A DNA stretch of 64,000 bases from the human T2T-CHM13v2.0 reference genome, Homo sapiens, in NCBI RefSeq assembly GCF_009914755.1, contig NC_060940.1. One strand, 5' to 3'. Below, piece by piece: positions 1 to 12,860 of the stretch. The notes below the pieces were generated by a model. That model did not search any database, was not told the DNA's origin, and saw only the letters and a list, made by a program, of their open reading frames with translations. Both the position numbers and the translations under genes were made by a program. The stretch's first letter is position 1. Every line of letters begins with the position of its first letter.

Positions 1-1196
1 GTCCAAAAATGATATCTCCTGCCATAGGACAGGAGCATTCAGAATTATGAAAATTAGCTATGGCTCAAAGTTCAATCAAAATTTGAGAAGGTAAATATAA
101 TAAGTATAAAGGGGAAGGAGGTAAAGATAAATATGTCCTCTCTTTTCTTTCTAACAGGACCTTTTGGATTCAAAGTTGTGTCCTGCCACCTTTTATGTTA
201 GCAATAGGAAATATTACTCTTGACATGAATACCTGTTTTATCACCTGCCACGAATGTCACTTGTTTACTTGCATTAACTCAACCTTTGATAAAAATAAAA
301 CTATCTTGTTAATTAGAGCCACAGAAGTTTGGATCCCTGTGTCTCTAAATAGACCATGGGAGGCATCACCATCCATTCATATTATAACTGAGATCCTTAA
401 AAAACTCTTATCTCATTCAAAAAGATTTATAATTGCTCTTATATTTGCTGTAATTGGCCTCATTGCAGTTACCACTACTGCTGCAGTAGCTGGTGCGGCT
501 TTACACTCATCTGCGCAAACTGTTTAATTTGTTGATAAATGGCAAAATAATTATATGAAATTATGGAACTCTCAGGTCCAAACAGATCAAAAGATAGTTA
601 ATCAAATTAATGATCTCTGTCAGACAGTAACTTGAATGGGGGATCGCATCATAAGTTTAGAAACTAGAATTCAAATGCAATGTGATTGGAATACATCTGA
701 CTTTTGCATTATTCCTCATAGTTACAATGAAACACAACGCCAATGGGAAAGAAATAAATGCCATCTAGAGGGTAGAGAGGAAAATCTCTCCCTTGATATT
801 GTAAAACTGAAAGAGCAGGTTTTTGAAGCCTCTCAGGCTCACTTAACCCTGCTCTCTGGAACTGATATTTTAAGCAAGGCAGCTGATGGGTTGTCTGCAA
901 TCAATCCTCTTAAATGGATTAAGACCATTGGAAACGCTACACCTGTAAACCTTGTTCTAATAATTATGTGCTTGTGCTGTCTCGTTTCAGTCTACAGATG
1001 CAGAAGCCACCTCTGGAGAGAAAGCCACCGAGTGATCAAACCCAACACCAGGTCATGGGGGCTATGAAGTCCGGCGGAGTCAAAGGAATTAGACAAGACA
1101 CATTAAGAGTACATAGGGTGAGTCCAGGGGGCCAAGAACAAGCCGAGAACAAGCAATGATAGCTGTGGCAGTTTTGCAGAACAAAAAAGAGAGACA
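1..1196 (+). pseudogene. env: Endogenous betaretrovirus-like (HERV-K group) env, 3' part, disrupted
   Basis: ORF 195-527 has a furin-type SU/TM site and fusion peptide (SHSKR|FIIALIFAVIGLIAVTTTAAVAGAAL). ORF 636-1067 has the HERV-K TM motif QCDWNTSDFC and a hydrophobic anchor. Stops split the frame. A purine-rich PPT-like tract (aaaaaagagaga) precedes the LTR. Confidence 0.93.
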
Positions 1197-1813
1197 TGTT
1201 GGCAGAAGATCTGAGGCAGGGCTCGCTTGTCTGACATAATGTAAACGAGTCTTGGAACATGTCCTGGGTCCAGGGTCTAAAACCCCTTGTGGCCTATGGA
1301 ACACCAAGCTCTGTGCCAAAGGGTGGAAGGCTGCCCTGCCACACTACAATCTAAGCCCAGGGCATAACACCCCTTGTGGCTTGGAGAGAACCCAGGGCTC
1401 AGGGCGTAAAACCCCTTGTAGCCTCTGGAATGTGTCCAGACTCGCTGACCCCTTGCTCCTTGATCTCCCAAGATCATAAATTGATTATATCTTGCATCAA
1501 AAGAACCTGTTCTCCCTTATTTCAAGTAGCAGAGCATATGCTAAAGCATCACAGTTACGCTTGATGCACTGTTACCTTTCTACCCCCACGTCCTCACGTC
1601 CTCACCTGTCTACATCTGCACATCCTCACCACCTGCTTCTTTGTTTGATTACCAATAAATAGTCCCAGAGCTCGGGGCCTTCACTGCCTCCATATGCTAG
1701 CATTGGCCCCCTGGACCCACCCTATGTACTCTTAATTTGTTTTGTCTCATTCCTTTGACTCCACCGGACTTCATAGCCCCCACGACCTGGTGTTGGGTTT
1801 GATCACCTCAACA
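1197..1813 (+). mobile_element. 3' LTR of the provirus, ~617 bp, probably LTR14B (HERV-K14/HML-1)
   Basis: TGTTG...CAACA termini directly after the PPT; AATAAA at ~1654; three imperfect cagggNNtaaNaccccttgtRgc repeats in U3. Subfamily assigned from recollection of LTR14A/B end sequences and length. Confidence 0.8.
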
Positions 1814-4800
1814 CCGAGTTTGCAAATATTTTTCCCCATTCCATAGATTGTGCATTAATGCTGTTTCTTGTGCGGTGCAGAAGCTTGTTAGTTTAATTAG
1901 GTCCCACTTGTCAATTAGGTCCCGCTTGTCAATTTTTGTTTTTGTTGCAATTGTTTTTGGGGTCTCTGTCATGAAAAGCCTATGTCCAGAATGGTATTTC
2001 CTAGGCTTTCTTTTAGGGTTTTTATAGCTTTTGGTTTTATGTTTAAGTCTTTAATCCACCCTGAGTTGATTTTTGTATATGGTGAAATGAAGGGGTTCCA
2101 TTTCAATCTCATGCCTATAGCTAGCCAATTATCCCAGCACCACTTATTGAATAAGTACTTTTTTCCCCATTGCTTCTAATTGTCAACTCTGTTGAATATC
2201 AGATGGTTGTAGGTGTGTGGTTTTATTTTTGGGTTCTCTAACCTGTGTTATTGATCTATGTGTTTGTTTTTATACCAGTACCGTGCTGTTTTGGGTACTG
2301 TAGCCTTGTAGTATAGATTGAAGTCAGATAATGTGATGCCTCTCTGTTCTTTTTACTTAGGATTGCTTTGGGTATTTGGGCTTTTTTTTTGTTCCATATG
2401 AATTTTAGAATGCTTTTTTCCAATTCTGTAAAAACTGACAGCAGTAGTTTGACAGGAATAGCATTGAATCTGTAAATTCCTTTGGGCAGCATGGCCATTT
2501 TGACAATATTGATTCTTCCTATCCGTGAGCGTGGAATGTTTTTCCATTTGTTTGTGCCATCTCTGATTTTTTTCCAGCAGTTTTGTTATTCATGTTGCAG
2601 AGATATTTCACCTCCCTGTTTCACTGTATTCCTAGGTAATTTTTCTTTTTTGTGGCTATTGTGAATGGCATTGCATTCTTGATTGGGCTCTCTGCTTGGA
2701 CGTTATTAGTGTATAGAAATTCTAGTAATTTTTGTACATTGATTTTGTATCCTGAAATTTTACTGAAGTTGTTTATCAATTCTATGAGCATTTGGGCAGA
2801 GAATATGAGGTTTTCTAGGTATAGAATCATATCATCAGCAGAAAGAGATACTTTGACTTTCTCTTCCCATTTGGATGCCTTTTATTTCCTTCTCATGCCT
2901 AATTGCTCTGGCTGGGACTTCAAGTACTTTTAAATAACAGTGGTGAATGGGCAGCCTGGCTCTGGTTCTCAAGGGGAGTTGGTCAAGCTTTTGCCCCTTC
3001 AGTATGATGTTGGCCGTGGGTTTGTCATAGATGACTCATTATTTTGAAATATGTTCCTTCAATGCCTAGTTTGTTGATGGTATTTAACATGAGGAGATAT
3101 TAAAAGGCTTTTCTGTATCTATTGAGATGATCATGTGGTTTTGTTTTTAGTTCGGTTTATGTGAAGAATCATATTTGTTGATATGCATATGTTGAATCAA
3201 CCTTGCATCTGAGGAATGAAACTTGCCCGATCATGGATAATTTACTTTTTGATCTGCTGCTGGATTTCATTTACTAGTATTTTATGAATATTTTACATCT
3301 ATGTTCATCAGGGATATTGGCCTGAAGTTTTTTTGTAATTTTTGATTATGCCTCCACCGGGTTTTGGTGTCATGATGTTGCTGGCCTCATAGAATGAGTT
3401 AAGGATGAAACGTTCCTCCTCAAATTTTTGGAATTGTTTTAGTAGGATTGGTACCAGCTCTTCTTTATATGCTTGGTAGAATTTGGCTGTGAATTTGTCT
3501 GGTCCAGGGCTTTTCCTGGTTGGTAGGTTTTCTATTACTGATTCCCTTTTGGAAGTTATTATTGGTCTGTTCAGGTATTCAACATTTTCCTGGTTCAATC
3601 TCAGGAGGTTGTATGTTTCCAGGAATTTATCCATTTCTTCTGTTTTCTGGTTTGTGTGCATTCATAGTAGTCTCTGAGGGTTTTTTAAAAATATTTTTGT
3701 GAAGTTAATGGCAATGTTACCATTGTTATACTAATTGTGTTTGTTTGGATTTTTTCTTTTTGTTTATTAGTCTAGCTAGTGCTCCCTCAATATTATTTAT
3801 TCTTTTAATGAACCAATTTTTTGTTTCATTGATTTTTTGTATGGATTTTCACATCTCAATTTCATTCAGTTTATCTCTGATTTTGGTTATTTCTTTTCTT
3901 TTGCTAGCTCTGGGGTTGGGTTACTCTTGTTTTTTAGTTCTTCCAGATGTGATGTTAGGTTGTGAATTTGAGAGCTTTCTGACTTTTTGATGTAAGGATT
4001 TAGTGTTATAAACTTTCCTCTTAACAGCACTTTACGTGTGTCCCAGTTTTCATTTGTTTCAAATAATTTCTTGATTTCTGCTTTAATTTCATTTTTTACT
4101 GAAAAGTCATTCAGGAGCAGGTAATTTTCATGTAATTGTATGGTTTTGAGAGATCTTCTTGGTATTGATTTCTATTTTATCGCACTGTGGTTGGTATGAT
4201 TTGGGGTTTTTTGAACTCATTGAGAATTGTTTTATGGGTAAGGGTGTGATCAATCTTTGAGTATGTGCTATGTGCTGATGAGAATAATGTATATTCTGTT
4301 GTTGTTGCTGGGTGGAGTGTTCTATAGAGGTCTATTAGGTCCATTTGGTCATGTTTCAAGTCTAGATACTGAATATCTTTGTTAGTTTTCTGCCTTGATG
4401 ATCTTTCTAACATTGTCTGCAGGGTGTTGAAGTCTTACAATTATTGTGTGGTTATTTAAGTCTCTTCATACATCTATAAGAACTTGTTTTATGAATCTAG
4501 GTTTTCCAGTGTTGGATGTGTGTATATTTAGGATAGTTAAGTCTTCTTGTTTAACTTAATGCTTTATCATTATGTAATGTCCCTGTCTTTTTATTGTTGT
4601 TGGTTTAAAGTCTGTTTTGTTTGAAATAAGAACAGCAGCCCTTGCTCTTTTGTTTTCTGTTTGCTTGATAGATCTCTCTCCATCCCTTTACTTTGAGCCT
4701 ATGGGTATCATTGCATGTGAGGTGGGTCTCTTGAAGACAGCATACAGTTGAGCCTTGCTTTTTTATTCAACTTGCCACTCTGTGCCTTTTGAGTGAGGCA

Positions 4801-5000
4801 TTTAGTCCATCTATGTTCAGGCTTGATATTGATATGTGAGAATTTGAAACTGTCATCATATTGTTAGATGGTTGTTTTATAGACTTGATTGTATAGTTGC
4901 TTTATAGTGTCAGTGGACTATGTACTTAAGTGTGCTTTTGTAGTGGCAGGTAAGAGTCTCTAAGTTTCATATTTAGCATTCCTTTAAGAATCTGTTTTTA
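1814..5000 (-). mobile_element. LINE-1 fragment (older L1P type): ORF2 EN/RT region and ORF1 C-terminus
   Basis: Minus-strand ORF pieces are L1 ORF2-like ([16 protein letters not shown]; [15 protein letters not shown]; MDLIDLYRTLHP; [10 protein letters not shown]). Many stops. The left end abuts the HERV LTR. Confidence 0.92.
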
Positions 5001-5313
<313 letters not shown>

Positions 5314-5322
5314 TCAAAACAT

Positions 5323-6372
5323 TTTTTTTCTGTAGCTTTTGGAGTACAAGTGGTTTCTGGTTACATGAATGAACTATACAATGGTGAATTCTGAGATTTT
5401 TAGTGCACCTATCACCCAAGTAGTATACCTTATACCCAATGTATAGGTTTTTATCCCACACTCCTTTGCCACCCTCCCCCTTCTAAGTCTCTAAAGTCTA
5501 TTATATCACTCTGTATGCCTTTGAGTACACATAGCTTAGCTCCCACTTATAAGTAAAAATATATGGTATTTGGTTTTCTACTCCTGAGTTCCTTCACTTA
5601 GAAGGATGGCCTCTAACTCCATCCAAGTTGCTGCAAAAGACATTATTTTGTTCCTTTTCAATGATGGGTAGTATCCTATGGTGTATATACACAACATTTT
5701 CTTGATCCAGTCATTGGTCAATGGACACTTAGGTTGGTTCCATATCTTTGTGATTGTGAATTATGCAATAAACATACATGCGCAAGTGTCTTTTTGATAT
5801 GACTTCACTTCCTATGGGTAGAACCCATCATGGGATTGCTGGATCAAATAGTAGATCTGCGTTTAGTTCTTTAAGGAATTCCCATACTGTTTTCCATAGA
5901 AGTTGTACTAATTTACATTCTTATCAGCAGCATCTAAGTGTATAAGCATTTCCTTTTCACCATATCCATGCCAATATCTATTTTTTTTGTTTTACTTTTT
6001 AATAATGGCTATTCTTGTGGGAGTAAAGTGGTATCTTTTTGTGGTTTTAATTTGTATTTCTATGGTGATTAGTGATGTTGAGCATTTTTTAATATGATTT
6101 TTGGCCATTTATATATCTTCTTTTGAGAAATGTCTATTCACGTCATTTGCCTACTTTTTGATGGGATTATTTGGTTTGTTTCCTTGCTGATCTGTTTGAA
6201 TTCCTTGTAAATCCTGGATACTAGTCCTTCGCTGGATGCATGGTTTGCAAATATTTTCTGCCATTCTGTGGGTTGTTTGTTTACTCTGGTGATTATTTCT
6301 TTTGCTGTGCAGAAGCTTTTTAATTTAATCAGGTTCCATTTGTTTATTTTAATGTTTGTTGCATTTGTTTTT
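5323..6372 (-). mobile_element. LINE-1 3' end fragment (L1PB-like)
   Basis: Antisense L1 3'UTR and ORF2 C-terminal sequence beginning at a T-rich tail. Confidence 0.8.
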
Positions 6373-7350
6373 GGAGCTGCAGTAGACTAGCAACAACACT
6401 GTGATGGGGGTGCTGGTGAAAGCACTTTGGCAAGATGGCAGTGAGCATCTGGGTCCCCATGTTCATGTGCACCAGTAGCAGTGGGTAGTGGCAGGTCCTG
6501 CATGCACATGCATGGCAGCAAAACAGCAGGAGAGGCTGTGGGTGAGTGTGTGCCAGCTAAGCAATTGGAAGACAAGTGTGTGCCAGCTAAGCAATTGGAA
6601 GACAAGTGTGTGCCTATCAGGGAGGACTGAGGGTGAGTGTATGCTGTTGGACACCTGCCTGCAGAAGCTCTGTGACTGTTAGGCAGGGTCTGCTGGTGAA
6701 AGATCTGTGGTGGTGGCTGCTGGCAAGCACCTTGGCTAGGTAGCCAAGGCTGCACTGCAAGCAAGTGTAGCCAGGCTGGGACCCTGGGATAGGCAGACAG
6801 GGTCATGCTCAGATCAGACTGGCCCCATCCTGTGGGCAAGATAGGCCTGCTGTGTACAGATCCAGCTGCCACCAGAGGCTAAAGTCACCTGGAAGAGCAT
6901 GGTGAGCCTTGGGTGAAGGGCACCCCTGGCTTTGCTCCACTGCAGCCATTTATGCACCAAATCCTTCAGGCTCCATGCTGGCTGGAGTTCTGTATCTGCC
7001 AACTCACTGGGAAGTTCTCTCTACCAATTCAAATGTCCATGGGGTCGTGGGGTTTTCTGCAGCTAGGATTCTTGAGGTTCATGGTGAGAGTGGGCCACTC
7101 CATGTTTATTTCACTAACTCCTTCTCCAGGAGCTGCTCAGGGCCAGGAATGAGTCCAGGTGCTCGACAACCCTGTGCAGGGTTTCCAGCTTTCTCCTTTT
7201 TCAGGACAGGGTCTGCATCCTCCCTTCATCCCCATTCAATGCCTTATTTCCAAAGATCTGTTCAGAGTGTGCCAATTTACTTGATGGTCTGGTTTCTCTC
7301 AGTGGAGAAGCTCTTCCTGGCTGTGTCTAGCTGGCCATCTTGGCTCTCCC
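6373..7350 (-). mobile_element. LINE-1 5'UTR-like segment
   Basis: The minus strand begins ggagagccaagatggccagctaga (L1 5' start with YY1 core) at ~7350. GC-richer than its flanks. Confidence 0.65.
6545..6614. repeat. Perfect 30-bp tandem duplication (2.3 copies)
   Basis: agtgtgtgccagctaagcaattggaagaca repeated exactly at 6545 and 6575, with a partial copy at 6605. Confidence 0.95.
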
Positions 7351-7354
7351 TGCA

Positions 7355-8090
7355 ACCCTTTAATCCATTTTAAGTTGAATTTTGTGTATAGTGTAAAAGA
7401 TGGTTCCAATTTTATGGGTTTTTTTTTGTTTTTTTTTGTTTTTTTGCTGGTGGATTTTCCATTTTCCTGTCATATATTGATGAGTTTATTTCTTTCCCAG
7501 TGTGAAAATTAGTTGTCTGTATATGCATGCATATATTTTTGGACTCTTTCATGGTTCTCTCATCGAACTATGTGTTTATATGCCATTATCATGCTGTTTT
7601 GGTGATTAAGCTTAGTGATATAGTTTAAAACCAGAAAGTTTGATGCCTCTAGCTTTTTTCTTCTTGCTCAAGATTGTGTTGTCTATTTGGGGTCTTTTGT
7701 GGTTCCATACTAAATTTAGATTTTCTTCTATTTCTATGAAACATGCTATTGGTATCTTGATAGATATTGCTTTGAATCTGCAGATCACATTTGGCAGTAT
7801 GAACATTTTAACAATATTGATTCTTCTGATCCATAAACCTGGGGCATTTTTTCATTTTAAAAATTTCTTCTATGACTGCTTTCATCAATATTTTATAGTT
7901 TTCAGTGTACAAATCGTTCACCTCCTTGGTTTGATTAATTTTTTCCTTTTTGATACTATGGTAAATAAAATTGTTTTCTTGATTTATTTTTCAGAGTTCA
8001 TTATTAGCATATAGAAACACAACTGATTTTTTAGGTTGATTGTCTGTCCTCCAACTTCACTGCATTAGTTTATTAGTTCTAACAGTTTTT
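7355..8090 (-). mobile_element. Old LINE-1 (L1M) ORF2 fragment
   Basis: ORF 7612-7806(-) CRFKAISIKIP...WNHKRPQI...GIKLSGFKLYH resembles L1 ORF2. Confidence 0.8.
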
Positions 8091-9039
8091 GGGGATAATA
8101 ATGAGCACACTTGACTCTGGTTACACATTAATTCATCATTTCTGTTACCATGTCATAGTGCCTAAAAATGTAATCTGTTTTATTTCTGATCTCATAAAGT
8201 CAATGAAATTTTATAGGCCTGATATTTTTCCATGTAAAATATTTTTGTCTGATGTTTGATAATGTGTGTTTTTTGCTTACTGTTCAAAAATGCTACTCAT
8301 TTATCTCTATGCCTAGTCAAACTTTCTGGTAAAGTTATTCAATATTTTTTATGTTTTTAGTTGTCTTAAATCAAAACAGTGAATTTTTATGATGGTTTTT
8401 ATTTCACCTTATATGATAGAAAATGCCAATTTGTCATTGCCAATGAATCTTTGGGTTTCTCGTTTTTAACTCTCAAGTAATGTCTATAAATGTATAATTA
8501 GTTAGAATCTTGCCTAATGTATTGTATGTGCTAAGTAAGTACTAACCAATCTGATTCATCAAAATGTCTTTTCAGGTGGTTCTTAAATACAAGATATTTT
8601 ATATTTGTTCTTATTAAAAGTATTTTTCTGACTTATCTAAATATTGATTAAAATTAGTTATTCTCAGCTTGTTTTCTTAATAAAAGCCAAACTAAATGGA
8701 AGTTTCACTAATTTCCTTATATTCAGAGGCTTATTTACCTCACAATATAAAGATTATTATTAAGGATAACATTTATATTCATAGTCTCTATCCTACAACA
8801 GAAGAACATTTAGGTCATTCCTTAATTGGGTTAAGGCCTCATTCTATATTATCATCTCATATTAACTAACTATTAAATCCATTACATATGAAAAGGTATA
8901 AATGGAAAATTAATATTTTGGTAGGTACAAATTATAAAAGCAAACATAAGAAATACATAAGAATATAGTAATATATGAATATATATAATATGTGGGTGGT
9001 CATTTAACAAGTAAAAAATTGGTTAAAATACTTTTACAA

Positions 9040-10285
9040 AAAAAATTCCAGGATAAAAAAAAATGAAAAATTCTATCAGTGTTTAATGAATAATTAATAC
9101 CAATCCTTCACAAAACCTTTCAACAATTGAAGAAGAAGGAACGTTTTTGTATTTATTTCATGAAGCCAGTATTACCATGATACCAGAGCCAGACAAAAGC
9201 ATGACAGGGAAAGAAAACTATGGACCAACATGCCATATAAATATAGGCTCGTAAACCCTCAGAAAACACTAGAAAACTAAATCGAACAACATAATAAATG
9301 AATATACACCAAGACCAAGAATAATTGTTTGTTTACAAATGCAACCATGACTTAATATCCAAAAGTCAAACAAGCTAATGCCCAATATTACTAAAATAAG
9401 GACAAAAAGTGATAGTTTAAATGCACAAAGAAAATGTCAAAAATCAAACACCCATTTATGACAAAACCTCCAGCAAACTACTAATAGAAGGGAATTAGTA
9501 GTTATTAGTCAAACTACTAATAGAAGGGAATTGTGAGACTTGCTAAAAGACATCTATGAAAAACTTGCTGCTAATATCACACTTAATAGTGAAAAGCTGG
9601 ATGCTTTACCTTTAAGATTGGGAACAAGACAAGAATTCCAATTTTACCACTCTATTCAGCATTGTACTAGAGGTATTAGCCAGAGAAATAATACAATAGA
9701 AATAAATAACACCTTCCAGATTGGAAAACGAAAAGTAGAAGTGTCTTTATTACAGATGACAGAATCTTCTCTATAAAAATGTGGAGATATTCACTAAAAT
9801 ACCACTAGAATTAATAAACAAATTGATCAATGTCACAGGATACAAGATCCACATACAAAATTCAATTGTACTTTGAATGAATGCAACCAACAATGAAAAT
9901 ATAATAAAACGAAGAATACAATTTCATTTATAATAGCATCAAAAAAATAAATATCTAGAAAAAAGTTAACAATAGAAGTGCAAAGTTTTTACACTCACTT
10001 TTTAAAATGCTGAAATAAGTCACAGAAGATCTGAAATAATTAAAAGATGTCCAATTTTCAAGGACAAAAATACTTAATACTAAGATAACAATACTTTACA
10101 GATTAATCTACAGATTCAATGTAATATCTTCCAATTCCCAGTTATGTTTTTTTTTTGTAAAAATTGACAAGTCCCCTCTCCAAAAACAAAATAAAACAAA
10201 ACAATATGGATATGCACAGGAAACCAAATTCACAAAACAATCTTAAAAAAGAAAAGTGAAACTGAATGACTCACACTTCTCAAGA
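9040..10285 (+). mobile_element. Old LINE-1 (L1M) ORF2 RT fragment
   Basis: ORF 9540-9776 KDIYEKLAANITLNSEKLDALPLRLGTRQ matches the L1 RT region. Confidence 0.85.
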
Positions 10286-10289
10286 TTAA

Positions 10290-11925
10290 TTCTTACTACC
10301 AAGGATAACATTGATTCCCCCATTTTCTCTCATTTTTTCTCTGTCCTGATTGAGAACTACAGAGTAACTTGACCACTCTTTGAGGTGGCCAGCTGCATGT
10401 TTTCCCCTGATGATTTAAACCCAAGCTGGGGCCTTGAACATTCTCAGGACTGACAAAGGTGTTTAGGTGGTTGCTCAAAACCCTGAAAGATACCAGCCCT
10501 GGTCCTAAGCCAAATTTCTTAAGCCCTCATACAAACTCCATAACCAGACTCCTCATTGTGGACATACCCAGGAAGAATATCTCTAGCTCATTGTCCCTCA
10601 GGAGGATATGCCATAGCCCCCCTGTGTGTATGTTCTAATACATACTTTGAACTTATCACCCTGAGGTTTAGTGCTTCTTTCTTTGGAATACCAACTGGCC
10701 CCATTTCAGAATGGTTTGGGGCAGTCCCTGTGGAAACTCTGCTGCTACCACTTTGGAGGAAATTTGAGCCTTGGTGTGATCAATAGGATTCCAAGACATG
10801 AACTGGGGAAAACAGAATCCTACCAGAAAGATCTCAGAGTGCCTACAAGGGACTATGTGGGGCTCTGTCACCCATCTTTCTGATGCCTGTGGGCTGCCCC
10901 GGGAAGGCCAAGATGCCGCAAAGCTCTACAGGCTTGAGGGAGCCTCATGGAGGGTTTGCGATGGGTCAGCAGTAAGGAAGCCCAGTAACAGTTGGTGGGG
11001 AGGAAAGGGATAGGCTGTTCTGTGCCATGGGCAGCCTGCTCAGCTGGTGGCTGAGAGCAAGGTCATGAGTTACAGAAGGAATTGCAACTCCAGAAAGACC
11101 TGTACTCTTCCACCATGGGCCACTCTGTTAGCTGCCCACATGGAGGGTAAGGTGAAAAAAGAGGGGCTCTGTGGAGAAGCATGTGGGGAGCCCATGGCCT
11201 CCAGTCCTGGCACTAGGGAAGCTTTGGGCAGTAGGAGCTCTGGGTTCCAACTGTTGGAAGCAAAGAGACAGAGAGTTAAAAGAGAACCACAGCCCCAGAT
11301 GTGACATAAAGTCCAAGGTTCCCTTCAGTGTAAGGCCACTGAGGGAGACTAGAGGCTCATGTGGGAAGAACGATTCATTTGTCTGCTTTGGAACTGCTTG
11401 GAATTTGGCTCTAGTGAGCCCCAATCCCACAGCACATGTTGGGTATTGAAACTCTCCTGGGAGTTGTCCTTGAAGCAGGCTTAGGCAAGTTCTGTCTCCA
11501 GGTGAGGATGCTCTGAGGGGAAGCCAAAGGGAAGCTGGTGATGTTATTCCACCCAAGAGGGTTGGTGTGTATCAAACAATATTGCCTCTCAGGAGGGCAC
11601 ACAAGATAATAGCTACTATTCAGAAACTGGAGAGGGTGGGATTTGTGTGTCTGCACATAGCCCACAAAATAGCCTGGTGTGGTTGGTGCCAAAACATGAA
11701 GGGAACTGGAGAATGAAAGTTGATTATCAGGAACTGAATAGGGTGACTTTGGCCATGTGTGCTGCCCTTACAAGTATGGCTCAAATATTTGAAAAACTGA
11801 CTACTTGTTCAGGGCCATGTCATACTGTCCTGAATTTAGTAAACATTCTGCAGCATATCCTTAGACCCAAAGCCATAGGACCTCTTTTTCTTCACCTGGC
11901 AGGGCCAATAATGTACCTTTTAGAG
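10290..11925 (+). mobile_element. Ancient ERVL-class element: LTR-like segment (~10290-10770) followed by degraded internal sequence and an RT fragment
   Basis: ORF 11647-11967 SPQNSLVWLVPKHEGNWRMKVDYQELNRV aligns to the ERV-L RT N-terminal motif (SPFNSPIWPV.K.DGSWRMTVDY..LN). LTR boundaries are approximate. Confidence 0.7.
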
Positions 11926-12229
11926 CTTTCTCCATTTTGTTTTATGTATAATGTCCAGGGATTTTAGTTGTACTTATTGGGAAGAATAGAGACATATATG
12001 TCTAGTCTTGTCTTCCCCAGAACTGAAATGCTTGGTTGTGAATAGATTAAACTGAGCTATCTCTAGTTTGTCCATTATCCAAGCAGAAATATCAAGTTAC
12101 TGATATTAGTTCCCATCTGAGGCTCTTCTCCAGGTGGTGGCATCCCTTCCTGGGCCCTGGGGCCTTGGCTGCATCAGCAAGGAGAGATGCTGCCACTCAG
12201 GTCTTGAGCTCCGCTCTAGCATAGTGATG

Positions 12230-12860
12230 TCACTGTCTGTGGTGAAGAATATGATTAACAACAAAGTCTCCTGCAAACCCAGGAAATCTCTCCAGAAAGA
12301 CAGAGGAGAAAGAAAACAGTTTCATTGAAGAATCATTAAACCACATTGTGATGCACAAAACAGACAATAACTTAGCGCATGGCAAGAAAGAAGGAAATCT
12401 CACCTTTGTGTATAGGCAGGCAGTTACAACCAGTGCATGCGTGTTCCTGAGATAAACAGCAACCAGTCCTCAAGGAAGTGACTTGACAGCACTATTTTTA
12501 TATGTCCCTCGAGGGTAGCCACAGTGCTCGCTAATCGGATTTATGACAAGAAAAGACCAGTGTCTCACAATTTATGGCAAGAGTAGGTTAGTAAGTTAGA
12601 GCCAGGCACTGGCGGAAGTTGGGCTCCTACCCTCTCACAGGAACTCTCTCCCTTAATGATTCCATTTCAGAGATGGCTCCCAGGCCCTTGAGAAAGATAG
12701 TCCTGGTTGGAAGCTGGCAAGAGGTTACTTAACTTTTGAAGAGACTTCCATATATCACAAAGGGACAGAGAAGAAACTCATAAGGATATTTTTTCTTTAA
12801 AAAAATGCTCAGAAAGAAAAAATCAGGGTTCCTATTCCCTTTTTCACTGGGACAAATTTG
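12230..12860 (-). mobile_element. Probable ancient solo LTR (family not assigned)
   Basis: LTR-like length and composition, with a degenerate antisense polyA signal (tttcatt) near 12320. No confident consensus match. Confidence 0.35.

Noticed and set aside
1260-1430. Three spaced ~25-bp repeats that superficially resemble a CRISPR array
   Set aside because: Imperfect, unevenly spaced U3 repeats inside a retroviral LTR in primate DNA. No cas genes.
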